A DNA stretch of 60,849 nucleotides, the filler included, from Dugesia japonica (lineage: Eukaryota): the NCBI GenBank assembly GCA_001938525.1. It is 5 parts of 5 records of this genome, joined end to end, with 100 filler letters (N's around TTAATTAATTAA, not from the genome) between each part and the next. Parts side by side here need not be neighbours in the genome. Positions count along the whole stretch, not along the records: positions 1 to 17,371 come from MQRL01625762.1; 4 more parts are not named here. One strand, 5' to 3'. Numbering within the stretch: the first letter of the stretch is position 1; every line of letters begins with the position of its first letter. Of this stretch, positions 1 through 12,800 are shown piece after piece. A program made the position numbers and the translations under genes. Below the pieces are notes generated by a model. It saw only the letters and a list, made by a program, of their open reading frames with translations. It made no database searches and had not been told where the DNA came from.

Positions 1-351
1 TATTCTTTTATTGATTTGCCACAAAAAAATTCCCCGAATCAATCTGTCTATTTAATTTACCTCACAATCACTATTTTATTCTTCAGCTTTTTTATTTCAT
101 TAAACTTTTACATTTTTTAAAAATTGCTTAATTATGTAGAAAAAAACGCTAAATATGGGTAAAACCATATAATTCGAAAATATAAACTTAATATAAATCA
201 AGTAAAATTTTTTTACATGAATTAAATAAACATTAAATTTGACGTAAAAGATTGGGGAGTTTCCTTGAAATTACTTTTAATAACCTTTAATTATCCAGTT
301 GTGATTATCTTATCACTGATATTTGTTTAAATATTTCAATTGTTTACATAA

Positions 352-775
352 ATGGAAAAGAATTTAAATAAGCATTTGGAAAATTTGTAAGTTATTTAAG
401 AATTAATTCTTATTAATTAACTAGAATTAAACAGAATCCTTCCATATGTAAAATGCAATGCATTGATGCTGATGGAATGAATTTAGGTTCTGTTATTTCA
501 AAAGACGATTCAAATATTCCGAAGTTTGAATCTGGACTTTTAAGCAGTATATATAAAATATCTCAGTCACTATCTACTTCGGGAGAGTGGCCAATAATTG
601 CAATTAATTGTGAAAATTTGTAATATGAATAATTTATTCTTTAATCACTATAAAATTAATTCTTAATTAAATTTATTAATTAATTTATTTTATGACTTTT
701 AGACAAGTTACTGTTTCCGGAGAAAATCATATTTTAACTGCTTTATATAAAGTTACTGATTCAAAGTCAGATTAA
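352..775 (+). CDS. LAMTOR5: Ragulator complex subunit LAMTOR5 (HBXIP), complete 3-exon gene (352-386, 425-619, 703-775), 100 aa
   Basis: GT-AG introns of 38 and 83 nt join in frame to MEKNLNKHLENLIKQNPSICKMQCIDADGMNLGS...WPIIAINCENLQVTVSGENHILTALYKVTDSKSD*. This matches recalled human LAMTOR5 ([32 protein letters not shown]...). AATAAA at 801. Confidence 0.9.
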
Positions 776-892
776 AGATATTTTGGTGAATTTCTTTACG
801 AATAAACTGTTTTGATTTATGATTAAAAAATATAATAAATTTGGTTTTTTTTATTAAAATAATCAAATCTCTAATCATAAGTGCATAATAAT

Positions 893-3800
893 TTATTTTT
901 TCGGAGTTCCTCTCGAACATGCTAAAAACCCAGCTTCTGTTGTTTTCATTTTCTTAACCAATGTTTCAGGTATCGTAATTTTAGTGGATGTCGACTTCCT
1001 AGAAATTAACGAATAATCAATTACTTTTAATTTTAGATTTTAAAAGTTCGTATTTTATATATTTGTAAATAAGAAAGTTATTTGAGATTTAATTTTCTAA
1101 AGCAAATAAATAAATTCGCCTTCAACATATTTTATGCAATCATATCATGGCTATTGAGTACGTCGTGTTATCAAAATTTCCCATATAATCAAGCCCGAAT
1201 TAAAGGGATCAATTGTCCAGTGCGCAAAAAAACTAGAATTAAAAGCACTGGGTTAGGTACACTAGTACACCGAATTTTTAAACCAGCACCAATAATGAAT
1301 AAGCAAATCAAAATTTTATAAATTCAAGAGTGACGATATACTCCATTGAGATGCTGTTGTTACACAAACCAATATTTTAAGAATATTTCTCAAAAATACT
1401 TCAAAAGGNNNNNNNNNNNNNNNNNNNNNNNNNNNNNNNNNNNNNNNNNNNNNNNNNNNNNNNNNNNNNNNNNNNNNNNNNNNNNNNNNNNNAAAAAAGT
1501 TTAAAACAAAAAACCACGAAGCGAGAATTATCTGGGATACAATAGAAAATATATAGAAATTATCGGCTTAGGATAACCCGCACATGTCGAAAATGAAATA
1601 AAATTGTATTTACGGTTCTATATAAATTATGTAAGAAAAACATTAAATTTTATTTATCAAAGAAAAGGATTCTATTTTTATCGGTTATTTCTTCAAGATT
1701 CGGAAAGTTAATATGAATCATACAAAATAAATTACTTATCGAAATTTTAAAACAGCTTTTTTAAGCTTAGAAACACCTGGTTAATAAGATTATCATGTAT
1801 AATTTATATACTGAAATACGAATTAATATTTTATTAAAGTGTATTTTTGAATATCGATACTGTCATTTTTTAATTCCAAAATTTTTTTTACTCATGAGTC
1901 CATGAAAATTCAAGTCGCAAAAACTTTAAAGGGTTCGAGTTTTTAGGTACGGATTTCAAAAGCTTCTGATTGCATATTAGAGGATTATTNTTTGAACTTA
2001 GATATTCTATCCAAACTGCAAAATTTAGACTGACTGCGTAATAAAAATTTTATAAACAATTAAATCACAACCATATAGGAAAATGACTTAGTAACTTTAG
2101 CTCCAAATAATGGATGATTTTAAAATGTTTTAAGTTATTCTATAATCAGTAGAATGCAGGATGAATCTTATATTTTTGTTAAAATCAAAAAAGCGTGGAT
2201 CATATCGTAGCTTTCTGAATTCTAAATCTGGTCACCTTAATTTACCGTAGTATTCACAATCACTTATGCTCAATTGAAAAAGTATTATTGAAAAAATAAT
2301 TAACTTTAGGAAAAATTTAAGAAATTTTTTTTATTTTGTTTTGAAAATTAACTAATTGGAAATTTAAAATGTTATTCAAAATACCTATTTAATGCTTTCT
2401 CTAAATGTTCTTTCTTTGATCCAGCTGTCGCTGATAATGATCGAGGCCTAATAACCTCTGAATGTTTAGAATATGTACTTTGCGATATTGATTTCGGTGT
2501 TACTACTTTGTCATTAGTTTGAGCAAACGGTGCTTTAGAAACTGATTGTTCATTTGTAACATTGAGTGCTGTATCGGAAGCGAACAGAGATTTTTCAGAA
2601 GATTTATTGGAAGTTTTTAGATATTCGTGCAATTTCAGACCAATATCAAGGGCTTTCAAATACTAAAAAAAAACTTTAGGCCGACAAACAAATTCAACAT
2701 TTTACAGCAATAACTGTGATAGGACTCTTATTGTATTCTGCTGGAATATCCTTTAATGGGCAACCATTGAGACTCAAAAAGTTAAGGTTTTTCATTCCGG
2801 CTAAAGTGACAGGAAGGTTATTAAGTAAAACATTATCTTTTAAAAATAAGTGCGTTAGTCGATCCAACTCATCTGTAAACAAACAAATATATCATCGAAA
2901 ATCTTTTATTCTTAAAATAAATAATAATTCTTTAGCAAAATGTAATAATTTAACACAAACTACTTACTGATAGTTTTTGGTAATCCTGATAGAAGATTTT
3001 CTGATATATTAAGCATTTCCAAATTTTTTAATTTTCTACAAATTAGATTATATTAAAAATAATAATATTAATAATGTTGAAAGAGAACCAAAATGCCCAA
3101 AAGTTAAATCAATAATCACATAGCTACCAAAATGCTCAGATACCCAAATGAATAAATATCAGAAATAAATATAATAGTAAGACAGAAGAGGAAAGATAAT
3201 TTAAAAAAAATAATGTTAATAATAATAGAAAGTAATAAATACCAAATTGTTGGAATTTCATGTAAGAATGTGATAAAAACTATCCTCTAGGTTTTATGAA
3301 GGAGTGAATCCATAAAGTTCTTTCAAATATTTACCAATTAGATCTTAAAATTAATCTTCGGAAGGGTCGAAATGACATAAAAGAGGTTTGTAGTTCACGA
3401 ACAATTTCTTTTGTTTCGAGATAGTTCAGAGCATGAAAACAACAGAAAATAGAGAATAAGAGAAAACAATTCTTAGCAAAAACTTCATAGATAATTACAC
3501 GTAAAGACTGTTAATTATTAGAAAATAATTATTTAATAAATTATACTTATTAAACATCAACGGTTTAGTGGTTAACAAAATAAAAGATTACTATATATAC
3601 TTCAATAGAAAAAGTATTTTAAAAGTAAAATAATTTATTAACTTTATTATTATGTTACGATAATAATGTGAGATTTATTTGAATGTATTTACTATCAAGC
3701 AAATCCACAAATGTAAATGAATAAAACTGACGTTTCGGTAGATAATTCTATAAACATCATTTGTAACAAATTATATCGGAAATAATCGTTATTATCAAAA

Positions 3801-6800
3801 TGAATCTGAAGTTTTATACTCAATTTAAATACTAGTATGTGTTAATTATTGAATTATGTCTTCAAAAACAAGCTCCTCTAAATAAGCTGAAAATGAAACA
3901 ACCAGACGGAATGAAAAAACATAAAAGTCTAAAGAAGTTTGCTAAAATAAAAAGAGAAGAAGAGAAAAAGAACAAAATCCTCAAGGTCAAATATATTAGA
4001 GAAAGTTGTAACAAATGATCACGTGGATCCATATTTGATTATAGTGATCGGATTGGGAAAAAACCTTTTGACAAANNNNNNNNNNNNNNNNNNNNNNNNN
4101 NNNNNNNNNNNNNNNNNNNNNNNNNNNNGATGAATAAAAGAACTGCAGTGATTCCAAGATGGTATTTCACCCTGACAAAAGAAAATCATACATCAATCAA
4201 TGATACAGCGACAAACTTTGAGTTTGGAAACATTTCGAAAATCTTCACGGTTATACATATCAATAGCAATCACTGGTTTTATTTGTTGTACACAATTCCA
4301 AAATAATTCAAAATTGGAATCCTAAAATTCATTCCAAAAATTTAATAAAACACGCATGATGAAATGCCTATTCGAAATCATAAAATCCCTAAAACACCAA
4401 ATTCTTAGTGTAGATTGCTCAACTAATTTTGCCAAGAGCAATTAGGAATTTATTAAGGAGAATATTTACTTCAAATAGTTCAATTTTAAAACTAAGAGTA
4501 TTATACTTTTATAGTAAAATTTTAATTATGCAATTATTCAAGTAATTATCCCAATAAAAATTCAAGTTGATTGAGAAAGATCTTGTTATTTGTTTATTTA
4601 CATCAAACGAATCAAGATGGAGTATTTTCTTTTTTAATCAAAAACCCGAAGATCTTACCTTATACCACCAATAACATTCCTAATGAATGACTAATGGACA
4701 GTGTTCCTTCTCTAGAATTCTTTCTCTAGAAAATTTTCGATTTCACGTTTATAGATTCTCGAGAAATTTTATGATTTCTCGAGAAAAATAAATGAACTTT
4801 TTGTATTTTTTAACAACAGAAAAGATTTTACTACCTCAAAATATATTAATTTCGTGTATAATCATTTTTTTAATATTTTTTAAAAGGTTCTGAAAAATCA
4901 ATTGAGAAATAACTTTACTAACAACTTGAATAAATGTAAATATTCATGCACCACATCTACCCATAAATTGTTTTATTATTTGATTTGTTCATTACCTAGT
5001 AGAAAGTGTGAACACTTGTCATTAAAGAATGTAAGAAGTGGGATACGTACACACTGTGCCACTTATGAATGAAATTTGTTCTATTACATAATTGATACAT
5101 ACATAATTAGAGTGGTATTTACCCTATTACATATTCACCTTCATGAAACTCGACAATAAATAAAAAAATACATTAAACAAGTCATTATACTTTTTATAAA
5201 GAAGAACACATAAGACAATAAATATTTCTTATCTTATTATTACTATATACATAATCTATAAAAAATAACGAATATGTAACATTTATTTCAACATTTAAAG
5301 ACAAAATAGCAATACATAGTCATCGTTTTGTCGTCTTCATTTTCTTCTTTGACAATCAAAAATCATTAAAACAACGATTACATACTTATTATTTAATTTT
5401 TTAATGACCATAGGCCATACTTGTATTTCTTCCAGTCCAAAAGCGCTTATCATCCAGACATGCCAATACACATTTCTTACTCTCTACTGTGTAAACTTAG
5501 TGATTTATTGACCGAAAGCTAGTCTGCGCAACCTTAGTTTGACCCGTTTTCTCTTCGTCTTCATCTTTATTGTATGAATTTAAATAGTTTTGATGATTGA
5601 TATCTGTTTTTAAACTAATTTCTCTCGCCTTCATTGCCGTAATTTCATCTTCTTTCGTCAAACTAGAACATTTTGGCCTTAGGAATATCCATTCGGTATA
5701 ATTTTTACCTTGTCCTTCATCTTAAAACAATCCAATTCTGTTGGCCACATTATTAGAATAAAGTTGATGTTTTGGGTAATTGCTTGTATCCAGCAGACCA
5801 TACAATTTCATTTGGGACAAAAGTTGGTTTTTATCTACTCCAGAACATGATAAGAAAAGACTATTCGTATCTCAAGCAATAATATCAATTTTGCAATAAA
5901 ATTGTTGACAGTATTCTTCCCGTTCTTCATATTAGAGCCTATACATTCACAATTTACTCAAATCTAGAACCACCTGACCAATATAACTCGGTCTATCTAG
6001 ACATAGTATTTTTTCTAACAATACAGCCTTTAGCCTTTCTGCAATATCCATTGTTTTCTTAAATATAACTTTGCTAGTGAAAGTTACAAATTTCTTCTCA
6101 TTGTTACATAGCCAGAGATCCATGTGATTCTTCGAATTTTCCATTGTCCTACCATATAGCACGTTGTTTAATAGAAAATTTGTAGAAATCCTTTTCAAAG
6201 TTGGACTTTGATTCAGCTCTTCTCCCAGAATTTGCATTAATGTAATTGGCAAATATTCCCGTTTGTTTGAACTGTATTATTCTATGCACCACCGTCACAC
6301 GAGCCCTGGTATAATTCTAATAATCGCTGATATACGATATTATGCTGTTTTGACTCATTTGTCATCAGCAACATCTTGAATTTCAATCAAGGTGAGTATT
6401 TTTGTACTTGAGACCTATATATTGTATGTTATATTATTGATTTAACTATTTTATTGATTTTCTCTTCACTTCATGCTCACATTGTTGTTTATTTGGCTAA
6501 TCATTTTATTATTCATTTGGTTGTTTATAGTCTAAAATAAAATTAAATTGAAGCAAACATTTGAAAATGTAACTTTCTTAGTTTTCAAATTATGATGAAA
6601 CACTAAATTTATTTACCAAATTATCAATACAAACCTGTTCAAATAAAATAATTGTCACCCGTCAACACTGCAATAATAATAAAAAAAACTGTATTGAAAA
6701 TTAACATGTTTTTCAGAATTTTACTACTACAATTATTGTGAGAATAATTGTTAGACTTTACCATTAATCGGTTTGGAGATTTAATTTAATTTAAAGCTTT

Positions 6801-9800
6801 GATCTAAATGTAATTTTGTTTTTTGTCTTTTTTTGACAGTTACCCAAAATTTAGACTATTGTCTTCTTCAGGAATTTAACTTTTTAATTTAACCTAAATT
6901 AGATAAATTTACAAAATAATTTTCATTTTATTGAAATTCTATTGGATATTGTTTAGTTAATTTTAATTTAATTTATTTAAGATTATTTTAATTATTATAA
7001 ACTACATTGATTTTAGATTTTATCCTCTTCGATCAATATTTCTTCGTCTTTCTTCCTGCAAAGTGTGAAAATATATCCTGTTCCTAATAATATAATGTTG
7101 TTCTGGTAACATATTATGTTTGCGTTGAAAGTGTTTGAAGACTTTACTTTCTTTCTGTTTGAGATGTTTCTTAATTCTTGTACGGATAGTTCTGCATGTT
7201 TCTTCTATATACGTATTCCTACATAAAGTGCATGTTATTTTATAAGTGATATTTTTCTTATTGCATATATTTCAACCATCAAAAATGAATTTGGAACCCC
7301 AAATGTTCTGTCTAGGTTTCTGTAATTGATTTCTATAATATAACTCTTGCATTATGTTTGAGTTTCAATTTTTTAATTAAATTTTGGATGATTTGGCTAC
7401 ATTTTTTATTAATAAAAGGTAATTTAATTATAGTGTTTATTTTTTGTTTGATTTTATTAAATATTGCATTCGAGGATAAATATTTAGATATAGTTTTATT
7501 TCAATATCCGTTATTTAGGAATTTATTTTTTACCAACATGAGGGAAGTCAATCTCATTTCTTCATTTGAAGATAGTCTTTCAGCTCTTATTCTTTCACTC
7601 TTGATTATTCCAATTTTCTGTCTGATTACTACTCCAGGGTAATATATGTCCACTGTGAAATGGTTTCACATATAATTGAATAGTTAGTACTTCAACGATT
7701 TCCTTTGAATAAGAGTGCCCAGAAAATGAATCTGAAAGTCAATTGACTTCTCTAAAGTAAACTTGATTTTGTAATTAATACTATTGACTACTTCTAAAAG
7801 GTTCTCTAAGGAGAATTAGTTACTAAGAAAATATCATCTATGTATCTAAACCATAGACGTCTTTTCTTGTTTGTTTTGAGAATAATTTACATTTTCAATG
7901 AAGTTCATAAAAATTATCGCCAGAATTCAGGAATTGAATTTTCCAAAAAAAAGGGTTTCAAATAGTTAAATATTTAAAAAAATCAAATGAAATAAATAAA
8001 ATATTTACACAATACAATTGGGAAAAGTTTTCATTTGATTACTGCTAATATTGAGATTTTTCAGTTTCTCTAAATTACTGAATTCATCCGGTAAATTTGT
8101 TAATATATTTGATTCTAAGTTGAGAAATTTTAAATTTTTCAATTGCCCAATTTCTTTGGGAAGTGTCTAAAATAAATGAGCGGAAAAAATAAATGAATGA
8201 AAATCACAATAAAATTTTTACACCCAAAATATTATTTGTTAAATCCAAACTTTCCAAATGAGAAAGACAGGAAATATCTTTCGGTAACTCAGTCAGATTA
8301 TTGAAAGCCAAATTAAGATCAATAAGAGAAACCAAGTTATTAATATCTGGAAGCAAATAAAATTTTTAATAAAATAAAAATATTTAAATTAAAAATATTT
8401 ATAATTTTAAAAAAATTAAATATTTTCAAAATTACGAAAATACACTAAGCGTAAATCAAAAAAGTTTCAAAAAATGTTTCTTTTTAAAATTTTTATTAAA
8501 GTAACAAAATGTTTTTTATTTTTTTGAAAAAGATTTTGTTACTTTAATAAAAATTTTAAAAAGAAACGTTTTTGATCTACGCTTAGTGTATTTTCGCAAT
8601 TTTGAAAATATTTAATTTTTTAAATTCACAGATCAATAGTTAAAAATTTCAAAAAAGTGAATAATTGCATAAGAGTAATTTTCACAATAAACAAAAAAAT
8701 CTATAATATTATTTTTTAAAATACAGAAATTTTGGTAGTAATATTTTTTCTTATGAACAGTAGTTTTTGTAAGGGAAATTTGCATCTTGAAAACCTTTTG
8801 GGTATCATGGAAAAATGCGATCCAAATGGAGAGTTTATATCTCAAGCACGAAGAGCATTTGGAAAAGACAGTATTAAAAAAGACAGAAGAAATGGAGGGA
8901 TTCAATTCACTCGGGAAAAGTCAAAAAAAAAACCATACCCTATTACTAAATTTGAATGAATATTGTTCGTATATTGATTGAATATGAGTTAATAAATGCT
9001 TACTGTTTATTGTTTATTGCTTATTGTTTACATAATTAATGTTTTGTATCCTCTATTTTGTAATTGTAACATTCGTACACATGTTCAGGAACCAATTATA
9101 TACGAAAGTCGAGGTGCACCTGAAATATTTAAGTGATTTTCAATACAAATTACCCTTTAAATTTGAAAATAATTACGATCGCAGCTTTTATGCATTGGTA
9201 GATAAAAATATTTTATTTTGATATTTATTTAAAGAATTTTGTTTTTAAATTTGGAAAGCAGTTTTTCTAAATTCCTCAGTAATGAATATAGGAATATTTA
9301 TGTAATCATTTTCGGAAATTATTTTTTTTGATAAGGTAGTTAGTAAAATCAGTTTAAATAATCATTTAAATATTTCATTTACAATTATCTATTTTATTGA
9401 AATCACATTTGATTTTTGATTTTACAAAAGTAATATACCGATGCTCTGTAATTGAGCTATTACTATACATTTTATTTACATATATTTCAGCTCTTAAAAT
9501 CGTTTTGTTATGTCTTATTTTTGTTGTGAGAATGTTACGTCCACCAGCTAAATTTCTTTGTAAGACTGAGAGCGGTAAGATATTATCGTGATACTATTTC
9601 AATAAATAATATAGGAGCGTTTCTAAACTAATTCTGTCATCATATTATTTGTTTTATTAGCGTAACATTTTAGTTTTTAAACGTATAATAACAATAAATT
9701 GTAATTATATAAGAGTTCATTTAGTTAATTTCATTATATTTATTGATTATATCTAATAATTAATTAATTAGTCACCTAATTAATTCCGAGTCAGATAAAT

Positions 9801-12800
9801 TTTCATATTTAAGTTGGGCATAATTTATGTTAAGCATCTGTTTGGTTCTCGTACAATCCCCAATCCAATCCAATCAATTAATTATTTAGCAATTGACAAT
9901 ATCATTTATTATGGCATTCTTTAATCCCCCTGCGACTACTTTATCTATTATTTACTATCATTTATTCAAAATTTGTTATTTATTGATTTTTGATTACTTT
10001 TTAAAATTATTGATTGTTAATTGATTTTAATCATTGATATTGATTTTATTTATTGATTTTCATTTTATAATTGTGAGTGGTTTTGAAAAGCAAGTTGAAA
10101 TTTTTGTGTAATTGGTGATCTTATTTTTAAAATCTTTTGTTTAAAAGAGAGATTTAAATTATTGATGAAAAATTTAAATAAATAAATATTTGGTTTAAGG
10201 ATAAATTAAAATTATTGAAAAAAAAAATTTTACTTTTTAATAAATAAAATTTTAAAGTAGTTAAAATTTTGCAGTAAGTTTTTAAATGGAAATTAAGAAA
10301 ATAAATAAAATGTTTTTAAGTGGATAAAATTAATTTTAATAAATAAAATTTTAAAAGTAGTTAAAATTTTGTTGCAAATTTTTAAAATTAATTTTAATAA
10401 ATAAAAATTTCAATTTTTAATTTTAGAAAAAAGATCACCAATTAAAACACGGGATTTTAATTTGTTTGATTAACAAATACTGTTGGTTATAGTTTTGATT
10501 TTAATAAAGTGTTGTAATGAATTCGAATTTTGATATTGGTGATACGAAGAGTTTTCCAAACCCAACTAACAATAATTATTAAAATTATATTTTTAATTTG
10601 TAATTTTAATTATTTAATTATTAATTATCACTAATTTAGGTTAATTCGACTATCCTAAATTGTAGGTAATAAATTGTTAATTAATTAAAAACAAATTAGC
10701 TCAACAAATCTAACAATAATGTATATGATTTTAAAATAAATTTAAATAGGCTTTTAATTTAAATTATTTGTATATTGAAGTGAATTTAGAAGTATGAAAT
10801 TTAATTTTTAAAATATCGAACATCTTCATTAAAACAAAAAATTATATTTCATTAAATTAAAAGCTTTGATTAAAATATTGTTTTTCTTTTTTAGTTCTTG
10901 ATAGTATTCAATGAAGACAAATTCAAAATAATATCAAGAACTAAAAAAAATAATATAAAAAAAGAAAAACAATATTTTGATTGAAGCTTTTAATTTAATG
11001 AAATCTCAAATACGATCAATCGTTAAGAACAACATTTATTCTCATCAAAATTGTAATTGTAGAAAACAATTTTTTTTTCAAAAAATGCTTACCAAATGAT
11101 TGTAATTCTGATAAATTATTATAACATAGGTTTACAATTCTTAAATTCTGAGCATTAATTAAAGAACCGGATATTCTTGATATGTTATTGTATTCTGCAT
11201 TGAATCTCTAGTTAATAACAAAACTTATTATTGTCGAATTTTTCTATCGAACTTACTTCAATCTTTGAAAACGTGTTATTAGGAATATTTGGTAAAGTGA
11301 TAAATTTGTTGCGAGAAATGTTCAACTTGACCATTTGATGAAATTTCAATATTATACTATTCTGAAACAAAACTGAAAATTTAATGTTTCCTTTTGATTG
11401 AAAATAAAAATTTGTAATAACTATTATTATCTATTTTTTTTAATATATGACAACATTAATATTAAATCAAATAGGCAAGGAACTTAAATTTTATTTCTTA
11501 TAAATATAACAGGGTTATTCAAATCTATAGATCAATTATAATTTTGAATTCCTTTTAGGGGATAGTGCATCCTCTGTCATAATTTTGAGGAAAAGTTAAC
11601 GGAGAATTGAATTAATTAAAGAATAATAATTAAGTAATAAATAACAGCAACGAATTAATAGTAAACAATAGGTACAACTTCAATAAAAGGTGACGAATTA
11701 ATTTCTAATAGTTTATTCATAACAAAATTGATATACTTTTCCTTCTTATAAGAACTCTTGAAAAAATATTGATTCCAGCAAAGAATTGTTTTCAAAATCA
11801 AATTCCCAAAATCAAATCTTCTAATTAAATTTCAAAATCTACCAAACAGAATTATCAGTCCAATAATTATACACTTTCTCAGATAAGTGACGCATGAAAG
11901 ACTGAATGGGAAGCTGTTTGCAGAATCCTTCAAAGATTTTAGAGTAGAAAAAGATTTATTCCAGTATCTAAAAAGTACAAAAATACATGAAAGAAACGTA
12001 TAATAATTTTAAATGAAATTGAGCAAACAATATACAACTCTATTGCATGAAATAGTTCTCTAATTTAAGAAGAGATGAAAGAAATCGTCAGAGAATAACA
12101 CAATATCATTATTTCACAACCTTTCATATCAAGAAAACTTAAAAAATGAATCTTGGTAGAAAAAGATTAACTCTTGTTCCACAAGAGCTTAATAGTGTAG
12201 AAAACTAGCTGCTAGAGACGTTTATTCCTCAGATATCTCAAGATTTAATGATCAAAGTTTGGTATTTCTTTACGAGACAGGCTTTAATGATTATACTTGA
12301 CGTAGCTACGACTATTCGACATGAAATACCAAAGCATATCTCAAAGGGCCTGCAAACAGGAATGTGAATAAAAGTCTTATTTGTATGATAGAACTTNNNN
12401 NNNNNNNNNCTTTCAGCTAAAAATTGGTGCATATAATTCTAATGGAGTTTATTAAAGAAAACTTATTCTTTATTTTGCATAAAATTCGAAAGAAGTTTTG
12501 ATAACAGGCAATGCGCGCATATATAAAGTGGAAAATGTTTTAAATGTATTAGACTTTAAGAATATTGTCTTCAAGTTTCTCCAGCCCTACTCTCTACAAC
12601 TTAATCCCATTGAAGAATTTCTTGCTATGATTAAGTCGAGATTTCACTAATACACAAGACTTTATTGAAACTTTTTTAGATCTAATCTTTAACGCTGAAA
12701 GCAATTGATCAATTACGTGTATAGGCTTTTATAGAAACATGAGAAGATGGCTACAAAAGCGTAGTTAACGAGCCTTTTTTTATAATGTATTTGTAATAAA

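Noticed and set aside
1082-1321. 79-aa plus-strand ORF
   Set aside because: TTG start, no recognisable motif, and lies antisense within an inferred intron.
3715-3770. Possible hammerhead (minus strand ...CCGAAACGTCAGTTT)
   Set aside because: No intact CUGANGA core or stem II upstream; at most a decayed relic.
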